Notes under the pieces: model-generated
Seen by the model: the letters and a program-made list of their open reading frames with translations, nothing else
What the model was told of the DNA's origin: nothing
Database searches by the model: none
DNA from: Candidatus Latescibacterota bacterium
GTDB lineage: Bacteria > Latescibacterota > UBA2968
DNA: 64,000 nucleotides
Direction: 5' to 3'
Assembly (NCBI GenBank): GCA_965198115.1
Contig: OZ240241.1
Location: 5,664,001-5,728,000, forward strand
Translations under genes and position numbers: made by a program
Part shown: positions 20,316 through 29,891 of the stretch, one piece after another
Layout: each line of letters opens with the position of its first letter
Numbering within the stretch: the stretch's first letter is position 1

Positions 20316-20879
20316 ATGGCCAATAATCCCTTTTCCGGGTTCATTGCCTTTGGCCGGAAGGTGATGGGTCAGATCGAGCAGGATGATCCGGTCGCGATTC
20401 GCTATAAGTGGTTACTTGGGGAGATCAATGTTCTGTTCGGTGTCACTCACTCCCTGGTAACGGGAAAACTAGAACAGGTTGAGAGTGCGAAATCGTTCGA
20501 CGAGGCAGCCGACATAATCGAGTCCTTACGGAGCGAGGCGCTGTCGAACACCTTCCATGCCCAGGGCTTGTGCGATGCCTTCGTGGGCCTTGGTAGGGCG
20601 TTTGGCGAACTGAACTTGCGAATTCAGAGCGTCGACTCGAATGAATCTTTGCTCGATCTTGGGGAGGCCCGACACATTGCAGAGGCGCTCGAGAACCGGG
20701 AGTTCGAAGTGGCGCGGCTCTACTCGGATGCGATAGCGTCTCTCACAGATCTCGTCAATGGAACCTCGGACGATCTGGGGGAAATCAAGAAGCAAGCCGA
20801 GGAAGCCCGGAATGAATTGACCAATCAGACGGCGGATTTCAAGTCGTTGGCACAAGACTTCCGCACCATTTCCGTCTGA
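20316..20879 (+). CDS. hypothetical all-helical protein
   Basis: AAGGAG RBS; 187 aa, coiled-coil-like C-terminus. Confidence 0.75.
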   Translation: MANNPFSGFIAFGRKVMGQIEQDDPVAIRYKWLLGEINVLFGVTHSLVTGKLEQVESAKSFDEAADIIESLRSEALSNTFHAQGLCDAFVGLGRAFGELNLRIQSVDSNESLLDLGEARHIAEALENREFEVARLYSDAIASLTDLVNGTSDDLGEIKKQAEEARNELTNQTADFKSLAQDFRTISV

Positions 20880-20897
20880 CGTAAGAAAGGGGAGGCT

Positions 20898-21640
20898 TTG
20901 TCCTCGAAGAACTATAGGGAGTTCCCAACAGCGCTCCGGGAGCTGATCGCCAAGCCCGACTTGCGACGTCGCTTTATGTCAATGAATTCAGGCGATCATG
21001 CAGCCGAGGAGCTCAGTATTCCCAATGAGTTGGTTGGGGAACTGAAGGGCGTACTGATCCAGCTGGATGGTCAACCGTTCGCCAGCTCCGTCGCGCCCAT
21101 CGGTGAATCTGATGCAGCTCAGATGCACGACCGAGTCATGGAGTCGATGGACTCAACCAGGGAATTCCTTGACACGTCCTTCGTTCAGCTCCGCAACGCG
21201 TATCGTCTATCCATGTTATGAGCGGTGCGGTCTTCCTGGTCGGTCTGAGTTTCCTAGGAATCGCCGCTGTTACTGCGGTCAGTCAACCCGATGGTGCCAC
21301 AACGACTGCCGTGGTTGGGGGTATTGGGGTCGTCCAGATCGTCGCCCTTTTCTATCGGAACCCGCTTCGCGACATACAGGCGGCGGTTTCGAATGCTCAA
21401 CAGGCGAAAATCGCGATAATGTCCTACATACTGGTAGTGAGTCTCGTTGGTGAGAGCGTTTATGAAGGCAAGGACACTGATTCACAGAACCGACGGCTAT
21501 CAGAACTCACGGACAAGGCGTTGCATCAACTCGAGCATTTCACCGAGGATCAGACAATCAATCGGCATCAGCCAGACAACAGCTTCACCGACGCCGAAGA
21601 ATCCGATGGCGATGACTCTGTCAATGACACCGGGCAATGA
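20898..21640 (+). CDS. two-TM membrane protein (TRADD-N-associated 2TM-like), split at ~21218
   Basis: GGGGAGG RBS; ...AYRLSML / MSGAVFLVGLSFLGIAAV...GGIGVVQIVALFYRNP reads as one domain across an ATGA overlap. Confidence 0.55.
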
Positions 21641-22099
21641 CGAACAGGAGCTGAGCCCTGACTGACCAGGCCTCTTCAACTTTCCAAGCCCGGCTATCCG
21701 AGACAGAATGGAGCGCACCAAGGCGGCACGTGAAGAGGCGTTCGACAGCGGGCCGCTGCTGGAGTCTGAGAAACAGGCGACTGAAGCTTGAGGCGCTGAG
21801 GACGGGAATGGAACGACGAGGCAGGCTTGACCGCACGAAACCGGCACACCATAAGAGACGGGGTTACGCAGGAGCGACGTAACCTTCGTCTACGCCTACC
21901 TGAAGACCAGCGTCACGAATCCGTAATCGCCTACCCTATAACCTGAGACGCCTTGATGGTTTCAAGCGCGATCGGGGAGAAGTGTCTCTTTGTGGCGCGA
22001 CGCAACGAACCAGCACAAAGAGCCACGTTGGGCGTCAACCACGCCCAGCCGTCTGATATTTTGCGGCACGGGGTCCCCTTCCCGTTGGAAAATAGGGGT

Positions 22100-24055
22100 T
22101 CACCAGTCAATCGTCTCATCCGCGAGAAACTGCGTCTTCTTTCGCCACCGGATGTCGCTGGTTCGATCGTGATCGCGGTGGTAGAGGGGGTAGTACTTGC
22201 CGCGAGGGTAGATTGAGACGACGTCGTTGCCGCGGCGCACGAGGGTGTAGCGGCTCTTCTGGACGTGAACGGCATCCTGCCTTTCCTCGATGGGAAAGGT
22301 GAGCGTCACCGACTGGCCGGCATCCACGCGACCCACCTGCGCGTATCGCCCTTTCCACCTGATGTTCCGATCGTTCCCATCGACCTGGACGCGCGCCTCG
22401 TTCGGCTGCGTCCATTCGGCAATGCGGATGGACAGATCAACCGGCTGTTTCACGTTGACATTAACGCGTCCCTGGAACGGGATGCAGCTTTGAATGTCCG
22501 CCCACTTCGACAGGCGGTTCAGCAGCAGGTTGATCTGCAGCTTGCCGTCTCGGTGGGAGAGGATGCGGTTCCAGATCCAGTAGAGTGCCCGCGCCCCCGC
22601 CGCGGTGTCGCCGAGAACGAGTCCGAAGCCGAACCCACCGGACTCGTCGTGACACCAATCGTTCGGAGCTGCTCCGGTCGGCCACGATCCGAGGTTCCGT
22701 TCGGCCACGCGTTCGGTCGTGGAACCCGGTTCGGATTTCTGAGGGTCCAGAAACACCACGCTGTCACCCCGGCCGTCGTAGTCGGAAGGCATCGAGCCCG
22801 GCAGGTGGTCGATCCATTCCGTGTGACGCATCTGTGAACCGGTAAGCATGTTGCGCGTCCACCGGTCCACATCGTCCCAATAGTCGGCGATTCCCGCATC
22901 ACTGAGCCAGAGTGCGACGCCGATCATGTCGGCCAGGCCCATGATCTCGCAGCCGTTGAACTCGTCCATGTTCACGAACGACGGCGACGTGCCGGGATCG
23001 ATCTCGCCGGGGATGGCCGGTTCGGTCCACGGCGGACTGGGGATGATGTTCGGCGTGAATCCGGTCAGCGTCTCCACGGACGATTTCGTCCACTCATAAC
23101 TTTCAATGACGAAGTCGAGCAACGGTCTGTCATCGGTGATCAGTCCGAGGTCAGCCATGGCGTGTAGACCTCGCGCGTGACCGTGGACGTGGGATTTGAT
23201 CGAACCGTATTGGGTGGTCAGGAAGGCGCCGTCGGCGGTGAAGAAGGTTTTCCTGTAGAACGCGTTCAACTTCCGGGTGAGGTCGAGGGCGGGTTCATAG
23301 CCGACCTGCCGATAGGCACGTAGCAGTCCGCTCGTTATGAGCGACATCTCGACCATGTGAAACTGGTAGCACGGTTTGACGTCGGCCGGTTGGTTCCAAC
23401 TCGCGTAGATCGGGCCCGGCCAGTAATAAGCGTAATCCCCACCGTCCACCGCGAGTTCGCGCAACCCGTCCACGATCTTGCGGATGCTTTCCACCCACGG
23501 ACCGGCGGGATCCCGCGCCGCGTAAAGCGACGTTGTCCGCAGCATCTGGCCGCAGATAAACGGACTGAGCACCTGGTCCACGTCCTTGAACAGTTCCTGG
23601 CCGTGGGCATAGCTGCTCGGTTTGAAGCGTTTTGTCCAGGGGCGTCCCTTAGTGGGAGTATAGATGAGGCCATCATCGCCCTGCTGGTGCAGGGAGACTT
23701 CCATCCATCGGCGGTCGACGTGGAGGTTCTGTTCGCTGCCGCTCATGAGCCGGGACAGACACACCGCCTCCTGGAACTTCGGGGTGATCGAAGGACTGGC
23801 GAAATCCGCCGCCATTCTGGGCTCGGGCACGAAGGTGATCGACCAGTAGGGTTCGTAGTCCGCCTGGGGATTGGGATTCTCGGTCATGGCGTGAATCGCC
23901 AGCCGCGCCGAGTCGGCGAGATCGAGCGTGTCCGGCACCAGCGCTTTGTAGTGCTCGCCGGTGACGGGGGGCACGTCGAACGGGGGGATTTCGGGGCGGA
24001 TGTAACCGATTGGGTCGCCGGGGTTCCAGTTGGAATAGTCAAGTGAAGTCGACAT
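22100..24055 (-). CDS. GH127 / beta-L-arabinofuranosidase-like protein
   Basis: 651 aa; HVHGHARG, GCEIMGLADM; C-terminal PFQGRV..LSIRIAEW..VQVDG beta domain. Confidence 0.7.
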   Translation of the reverse strand: MSTSLDYSNWNPGDPIGYIRPEIPPFDVPPVTGEHYKALVPDTLDLADSARLAIHAMTENPNPQADYEPYWSITFVPEPRMAADFASPSITPKFQEAVCLSRLMSGSEQNLHVDRRWMEVSLHQQGDDGLIYTPTKGRPWTKRFKPSSYAHGQELFKDVDQVLSPFICGQMLRTTSLYAARDPAGPWVESIRKIVDGLRELAVDGGDYAYYWPGPIYASWNQPADVKPCYQFHMVEMSLITSGLLRAYRQVGYEPALDLTRKLNAFYRKTFFTADGAFLTTQYGSIKSHVHGHARGLHAMADLGLITDDRPLLDFVIESYEWTKSSVETLTGFTPNIIPSPPWTEPAIPGEIDPGTSPSFVNMDEFNGCEIMGLADMIGVALWLSDAGIADYWDDVDRWTRNMLTGSQMRHTEWIDHLPGSMPSDYDGRGDSVVFLDPQKSEPGSTTERVAERNLGSWPTGAAPNDWCHDESGGFGFGLVLGDTAAGARALYWIWNRILSHRDGKLQINLLLNRLSKWADIQSCIPFQGRVNVNVKQPVDLSIRIAEWTQPNEARVQVDGNDRNIRWKGRYAQVGRVDAGQSVTLTFPIEERQDAVHVQKSRYTLVRRGNDVVSIYPRGKYYPLYHRDHDRTSDIRWRKKTQFLADETIDW

Positions 24056-24420
24056 GAGATCGGTTCCGCTTGGTTTGTTTATAGGTCCAGGTATCTACGT
24101 CTTCCACGAACTCACGATCTCACGATTCTCAGAGAATAAGGCACGCGTTCGCGCCTGTAGCTGGGCGATGGCGGTTCGCCACCATGTCGACGTGTTACTT
24201 CTTCGTTGAGAACCCCGTCTGGGTGCTCACCATCAGCGGTACGGTGGGGCCATGATGGCGCCACTTGTTGCTGGGGGCACGATCTACCTGCGCTACACCA
24301 GAACGGATTGTCGTATCGGCCGACGTGGGAGGCGGATGTCATCCTCTGGCTGTGCTTCTCGATCATGCTTGGGCTGGCGAGCTATACGGTCTATCGGATT
24401 CTCGCGTAGCCTTCGCCTAA

Positions 24421-25682
24421 GTGCATGGTTTCATAAACATTATTACGTATGTCCTGAACATTATTTGTAGCTTATGTTCTCCTTCAAAAGGAGGAGAACA
24501 ATGCCAAGACGTTCGCCTTATGTGGTGCTACTGTCTGAGAAGGAACGGGTCGACCTCGAGCGAATGGCTGGACAATATACGTTATCGTATTATCAAGTGA
24601 TCCGATCGAAAATCGTGCTTCTCGCCGCCGAGGGATTATCCAACAAGATTATCGCCCAACGGTTGGATGTCCCGCGTCCGATCGTAAGCAAATGGCGTAA
24701 GCGCTTTTTCGAAGAGCGTCTTTCGGGACTCGAAGATAGATCTCGTCCCGGGCGCCCGCCCGGTTTTCCCCCCTCAGGTGGTCGTTCAGATCAAGGCGCT
24801 GGCGTGTGAACTACCGAGCGAGAGCGGGATACCGCTCTCGCGGTTCAGCTGTTCCGAGATTGCCGCCGAGGCAGTGCAAAGGGGCTTCGTTGCCAAGATC
24901 AGCGGCGCCACTGTCTGGCGCTGGTTGAACGAGGACGCGATTCGTCCTTGGTATCATCGCTCCTGGATTTTCCCACGGGACCCGGACTTCCAAACCAAAG
25001 CAGGTAGAGTCCTTGATCTGTATCACCGCCAATGGCAAGGAAAGCCTTTAGGGCCGAGGGAATATGTACTTTCTGCCGACGAAAAGACCAGTATTCAAGC
25101 ACGAGCTCGCAAGCACGTTACCCTACCGCCAGCCTCGAACAGAGCGGCACGCGTTGAAACACGAATACGAGCGGAAAGGAGCCCTGGCCTATCTGGCTGC
25201 TCTCGACGTGCACAATGGTCGAATCTTCGGTCTCTGTGAGTCTTCTTCGGGTATCGAGCCCTTCAACCGGCTCCTGAGCCTGATCATGAGCCGGAAACCC
25301 TATTGCTCGGCAAAGAAAGTCTACCTCATCGTGGATAATGGCTCCTCGCACCGAGGGCAAACATGCATCGACCGTATCCAGGGGAAGTGGCCAAACATCC
25401 ACCCCGTTCACCTTCCGATCCACGCAAGCTGGCTCAATCAGATCGAGATCTACTTCTCGATCCTCAAACGCAAGGCTCTGACACCTATCGAATTTGCATC
25501 GCTCGAAGAGCTTGAGGCAAGAATCCTCGGTTTTCAGGAACGCTACGGACGTATCGCCACACCCTTCAAATGGAAGTTCACACGAACAGATCTCGCGGAG
25601 ATGATCGACAAACTCAGGTTCTACGATACGCCCTTGGCAAAGTCTGCTTAGAATACGTCACCGTATTTGAGAACAGGAGTAC
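24421..25682 (+). mobile_element. IS630-family element, copy 2
   Basis: GTGCATGGTTTC...GAACAGGAGTAC, flanked by TAA on both sides (C-TAA-G target); ORFs 24474-24809, 24778-25239, 25064-25651. Confidence 0.93.
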
Positions 25683-26311
25683 TAAGTGCCTTGGAGATCC
25701 ATTGATGCTGCAGTTTCAGGGGAAACCAACCTATGAGCGTGTTTCATCAAACGCAGTGCGCCGACCCATCCGCCGATCCGCGGTATTACCCCGGTCTTTC
25801 TATGAAGATCGGTCGTGTCCAATCGAATCCCAATGTCGTTGATTGTGTATATCTGGTCTCTGAATCGAGAGTCTATCAGCCAGGTTGGGATTAGCGGATT
25901 ATGTGCAAACGCACATCTCACAAGGAACAGGATTGTCGTGGCGTTTCGCACATCTTCATCGGGATCCGCGAAACGAGCCCGGCCGTGGAGCTTTTGTCGA
26001 GCAAGTTCATCCAATTGCATAAAGCACGTAGCAGCAACATTCATCATGATATTCTCGGCCAATAGATCTGCTGGAAGGGGATTGGATGCTGCACAAATCT
26101 GAATGGCATCATCGCCTCCCTCAGCGTTTTCCAGTGTGAAATCGCTTGAGAAGACATCAGGAGAGATCTCACCTCTGTGGAATGCGCGGACTAGGCGCAT
26201 GGCATTGAAGAGTGAGTTGATCGCCGTCACGATGCTCGCATCAGGGTTATCTATAAGGTGTTGTTGTCTCTCTGACAGGTCACCTGGATATGAGGTCTCT
26301 TCTTCGGTCAT
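25682..26311 (-). CDS. hypothetical cassette protein with possible HEPN-like RxxxxH motif
   Basis: 209 aa; LVRCAFAHN; starts ~25 nt after an attC-like site. Confidence 0.7.
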   Translation of the reverse strand: MTEEETSYPGDLSERQQHLIDNPDASIVTAINSLFNAMRLVRAFHRGEISPDVFSSDFTLENAEGGDDAIQICAASNPLPADLLAENIMMNVAATCFMQLDELARQKLHGRARFADPDEDVRNATTILFLVRCAFAHNPLIPTWLIDSRFRDQIYTINDIGIRLDTTDLHRKTGVIPRIGGWVGALRLMKHAHRLVSPETAASMDLQGT

Positions 26312-26335
26312 AGTTCACACCTTCAGGCGGGTGCC

Positions 26336-26412
26336 GCCCAACGGTTCAGGGTTGCAGGTGTGCCGGAGGTCGGAGCGACCAAAGGGAGCGGAGCCGCAAT
26401 CCGTTGTTAAAG
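26336..26412 (-). other. attC-like integron recombination site 1
   Basis: Minus strand CTTTAAC-AACGGATTGC...GCAACCCTGAACC-GTTGGGC, an imperfect palindrome between co-oriented genes. Confidence 0.75.
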
Positions 26413-26421
26413 GTGCTCGTC

Positions 26422-27294
26422 TCACGTAATAGACACAGTCCTCACTACCTGCTTTATCAATCCGTCGCGGTCTCGGTAGGTCAGATTCAGCCGAATGTCC
26501 ATCCACCTGCTCCAGATCTTGTCGACTAAGTTGATGGGTTCCCCGTCTGTGGTATAGAATCCAACCGTCATGGGGTTCATGGAGAACTCGCGCTGCTCGC
26601 CTGGCGCTAAGATCATGTTTGCGATCAACCCTTGTCGTTGAGCAGCCTCGGGATATCTGGGTAAGCGCGATGTCCAGATTCGCGTTTATCGGACCAATTG
26701 GTTCTTCGGTGAGATTGCCGACACGAACAGCAAGTTCTCTATTTGAATGATCTGGGATCCCAACGAAGCCCACCTCGATCGGAACACCGGCCATGGTTCT
26801 GCCCGTGCGAGCATCTTTGCGACGGATCAAGTCTTCGAGTTCCGTAGGTTTGAGTGTTCCTACAGTCGGCCCGCGCCTTGTGTACACGACGTCCGTGGAA
26901 AGGATCTGATCGACATCTCGCATGCAATATGTGGCTGGTACTCACTCCACGGAATATGGATGACTCCAACACGGGCGTCGCAATAATCGAAATGGTAGAT
27001 GGACAGATCAGGCATCGGGTTGCAGTACCCTGACAGAATTTGATGAATCCTCTCAGACGAAGGCTCCTCGGTTACTCCACGGACCTTTCCACCATGCCTG
27101 CTGTCTGTCACTCCAATTATGATCTGCCCGGTCTCCGACTGCCCCAGTGAGTTGGCTATGGCCATCACGTCCCTGGCGAGCTTGGCTTTCCCCTGATTCG
27201 AGTCGAGATCATACCATCTCTCCTTGAATTCAAGAAGATCACTTTCCTCACCGCGAATCAAGGATGGAAGATTGGCTGGGTCGAATTCGGACAT
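26422..27294 (-). pseudogene. AlbA_2 / Schlafen-like domain protein, frameshifted
   Basis: EESDLLEFKE, DVMAIANS, GQIIIGV; continues as VYTRRGPT in a second frame and ends in a third. Confidence 0.85.
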
Positions 27295-27321
27295 CTCAGC
27301 ATTCTTTGGACGGGCATGCGC

Positions 27322-27429
27322 GGTTAACGGATAGCCACCTACGACGCCTGCCGTGCCGGAGGCCTGGCACGCGGCTTGCGTTTCTTAGCAAGCCGCGTGA
27401 TCCGAGGCAGGTGTGGGTGGCTGACAGGC
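27322..27429 (-). other. attC-like site 2 (degenerate)
   Basis: GGTTAAC core; arms GCCACCTAC..GCCTGCC / GGCAGG..GTGGGTGGC with internal hairpins; far core degenerate. Confidence 0.5.
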
Positions 27430-27479
27430 GCAATCAATCGCGTTCATTTTGTGGGATCTCTCAACAATTCGGCCCAGCT

Positions 27480-27968
27480 TCATACTGGTTGACTGAGGAA
27501 CCGATCTCGCAATTCCTGAAGTGGCACCAACCCATTGGGTGTGCGTACGTAAAGATAGTCGTAGCCATTCAACGCCTTTGTATTACCTCCGTTGTTGTTT
27601 ACAACAGCCACCGCCAATTTGCTGGGCACGTCATAGTGGGTGCCAGCGAAGTCCACACTCCCGTCTTCGAGGACCTTCCCAGCTTCTATATAGGGTTCGC
27701 TTCCCTTTCTCTTCTGCCGAGAAAGAGCCCTGCATAGCATCTCTGTCCCAGGTGTGATTAAGCCCGATCGGACGAACTGCGGAAAGCTCACACGACCGCT
27801 CTCTTCCCGGCGCGGACCAACAGTGGACGAGAGATCCAGGGGACCGGGAATGGCCGAGGAATCCTGAGAGGTTGGCTCCCGATCAAAATACCATCTCAGA
27901 AGTTCCCCCCGAAGCTCCTGTGGCATCCCGCGGAGATCGGCTTCGGTTAATCTTACCTCGAATGGCAT
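27480..27968 (-). CDS. stand-alone RAMA-domain protein
   Basis: SFPQFVRSGLITPG, GKVLEDGSV, PSKLA, NGYDYLYV...LQELR; AGGAGG RBS. Confidence 0.8.
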   Translation of the reverse strand: MPFEVRLTEADLRGMPQELRGELLRWYFDREPTSQDSSAIPGPLDLSSTVGPRREESGRVSFPQFVRSGLITPGTEMLCRALSRQKRKGSEPYIEAGKVLEDGSVDFAGTHYDVPSKLAVAVVNNNGGNTKALNGYDYLYVRTPNGLVPLQELRDRFLSQPV

Positions 27969-28142
27969 GGCAAACCTCCTTTAGCAGTTATATTGAGGTG
28001 GTTAATTAATCCTTTATACAAGAAACAAATAAAGGAATGAATGCAGGTGTGTCAAGCCCTAAGATGGGGATCGTTTACAACCAGCTGTTTTATCAAGGAG
28101 TTAAATCTGAAAGGAAGTCAAATGCGGCGGGGCTGACATTAC

Positions 28143-28265
28143 CAATAACGGTTCAGGGTTGCAGACGCCCGTGGTCCCGTCAGGGTTTGGCGCAACGGCT
28201 GCGAAAGCAGACGACGTGACAAAGGCAGGGGTGCCGTAGGCCGAAGTTGCAACCCGTTATTACAC
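28143..28265 (-). other. attC-like site 3
   Basis: CAATAAC-GGTTCAGGGTTGCAG...TTGCAACCCGTT-ATTACAC; shares AACGGTTCAGGGTTGCAG with site 1. Confidence 0.75.
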
Positions 28266-28284
28266 GCTGGCTCCCGCCGTGTTT

Positions 28285-29049
28285 CTAGCCGAAGGTTCCG
28301 TTAGGACGGATATCCGTAAGCATCGAAGCAAAGATGATTTCGAAGTCCTGGCTGAACTCCTTGATGACTGCGACTGCCGACCAACGTACCGGAGGGCCTT
28401 CGTACATAGCGAAGACAGGTCCACCGCTTACGCCTCCCCAAGGTTCACCAGGTTGTGGTTCTGGAAGTCCTTCGATCTGTTCCCACTCTTCTCTCTCGAA
28501 CTGAATCGCGATGGTGTCTTGGTGGACGGAAGTGGCGGGCCCCAGACCGTGACAGAATCCCCACTGCACCTGAAGCCCATTCTGTATCCTTTCGAAACCA
28601 CGAAATCCGCCAAGAATTATCCCTTTCCCCTCTTGGGGTGGTTGTGCGGGCCACGTCGCCGGGCTATGTGCTTGGACACCAAGGAACGCCAACTCCGATC
28701 GAGAGATGGCGAATGTAACGATGTCCCTCTGAATCGATTCCGACACGAGCCTGCCTAAGGGATTGAAGAACTCGTTTGCGACCTAGACTCTGATGTCAGC
28801 GTGGTTCGCCAAGTCTTGCCGAAGTCCCTCTATGACGTGTTGGGCAGTAACACCAAACGGGCCTTCACCAAGGTCTAGGAAAAACACCGTGCCATTGTTC
28901 TTAATCATGGGAATTGGACGATCAGAGCCTCTAAACCAGTAGATAGGTCTCGTCACGGCCAGGACGCAATCTGCAATTCGCCTGCTGTAGCCTTCGCGAA
29001 TCAGCTGTCGGGCATCGTCAATTGCGAGTGGTTCGTCGTCTGAGTTCAT
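28285..29049 (-). pseudogene. trypsin-like serine protease with one in-frame TAG
   Basis: VTAQHV (His), DIVTF (Asp), GGVSGGPV (Ser); TAG at 28783-28785 in frame. Confidence 0.8.
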
Positions 29050-29075
29050 AGTTCAGGTCTGAAGGCGGAGCTTGT

Positions 29076-29150
29076 GTGTAACGTCTTCGCGGTGCACGAA
29101 CCTGCGAAGCAGGTTGCGTCGAAGTCCGTCAGGGCTAAGACGTATTAAGC
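29076..29150 (-). other. attC-like site 4
   Basis: GTGTAACGTCTT...AAGACGTATTAAGC with internal hairpin AACCTGC-GAA-GCAGGTT. Confidence 0.6.
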
Positions 29151-29165
29151 GCCGTTTTCTTGCCT

Positions 29166-29891
29166 TTAAGGTAGGCAGGCAATCTCCCGCGCTGATTCAT
29201 CAGAACCGCGGTCTACCTCAAGTACCAGACAAAAGTCCTTCTTCTTGTGCCTCTTGTATAACGTCTTCCAATTATGGAAAAGGTAATACGCCGATCCCGA
29301 TGTGCCCCATTCGCCGTGCCCAAAGCAGATGAAAAGGAAGTGCTCTTCATGCCTGGGATTCCTGATCCGCATCACGAGAGCTCTGTCCGGCGCTCCCCCC
29401 ATATAGCTCTGCCCTGCAACTACAAACCTCCGATGGCCAGATGCTGGATCGAAGTCAAATGTATAGAACTTCTGTTCCGGAAGATGCTCAACGTCGAAAG
29501 TCTTGATGTTCGAATCTGAGCTGCCAAAACAAAGAAAAGTTGAGTCCCATTCTGCCTCGACTTCAGAGTCTAGCACAACACGGATCGGACTATCATCCGG
29601 CCGGAATTTCGAGAAGGCCGACACCACGTATCTTGCTACTCGAATAGCATTTGTTCCAACGACATCATCTTCTCCGATCAGAGGTTGATCCGGACGTCCA
29701 CCTCGACTTCACTCGAATGGATGGACATAGATGTCGCCGTCATCTGGGAGATCTTGAAGCACTTTTTGCTGTTCGTTGGTCATCGTTCTCCCAGCCAAGG
29801 AGATGAGGGCGAAGCCGTTGTTTCCGTCCACCGTCCACCCGGGAATCCAAGCGCTCTTTGCTCCGTTCGGTTCTTCATCCAAATAAGGCAT
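29166..29891 (-). pseudogene. hypothetical cassette protein with in-frame stop
   Basis: ORFs 29709-29891 and 29166-29627 are in the same frame, separated by one TGA; motifs CFGSSDSN, RIRNP, GEWGT. Confidence 0.55.
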
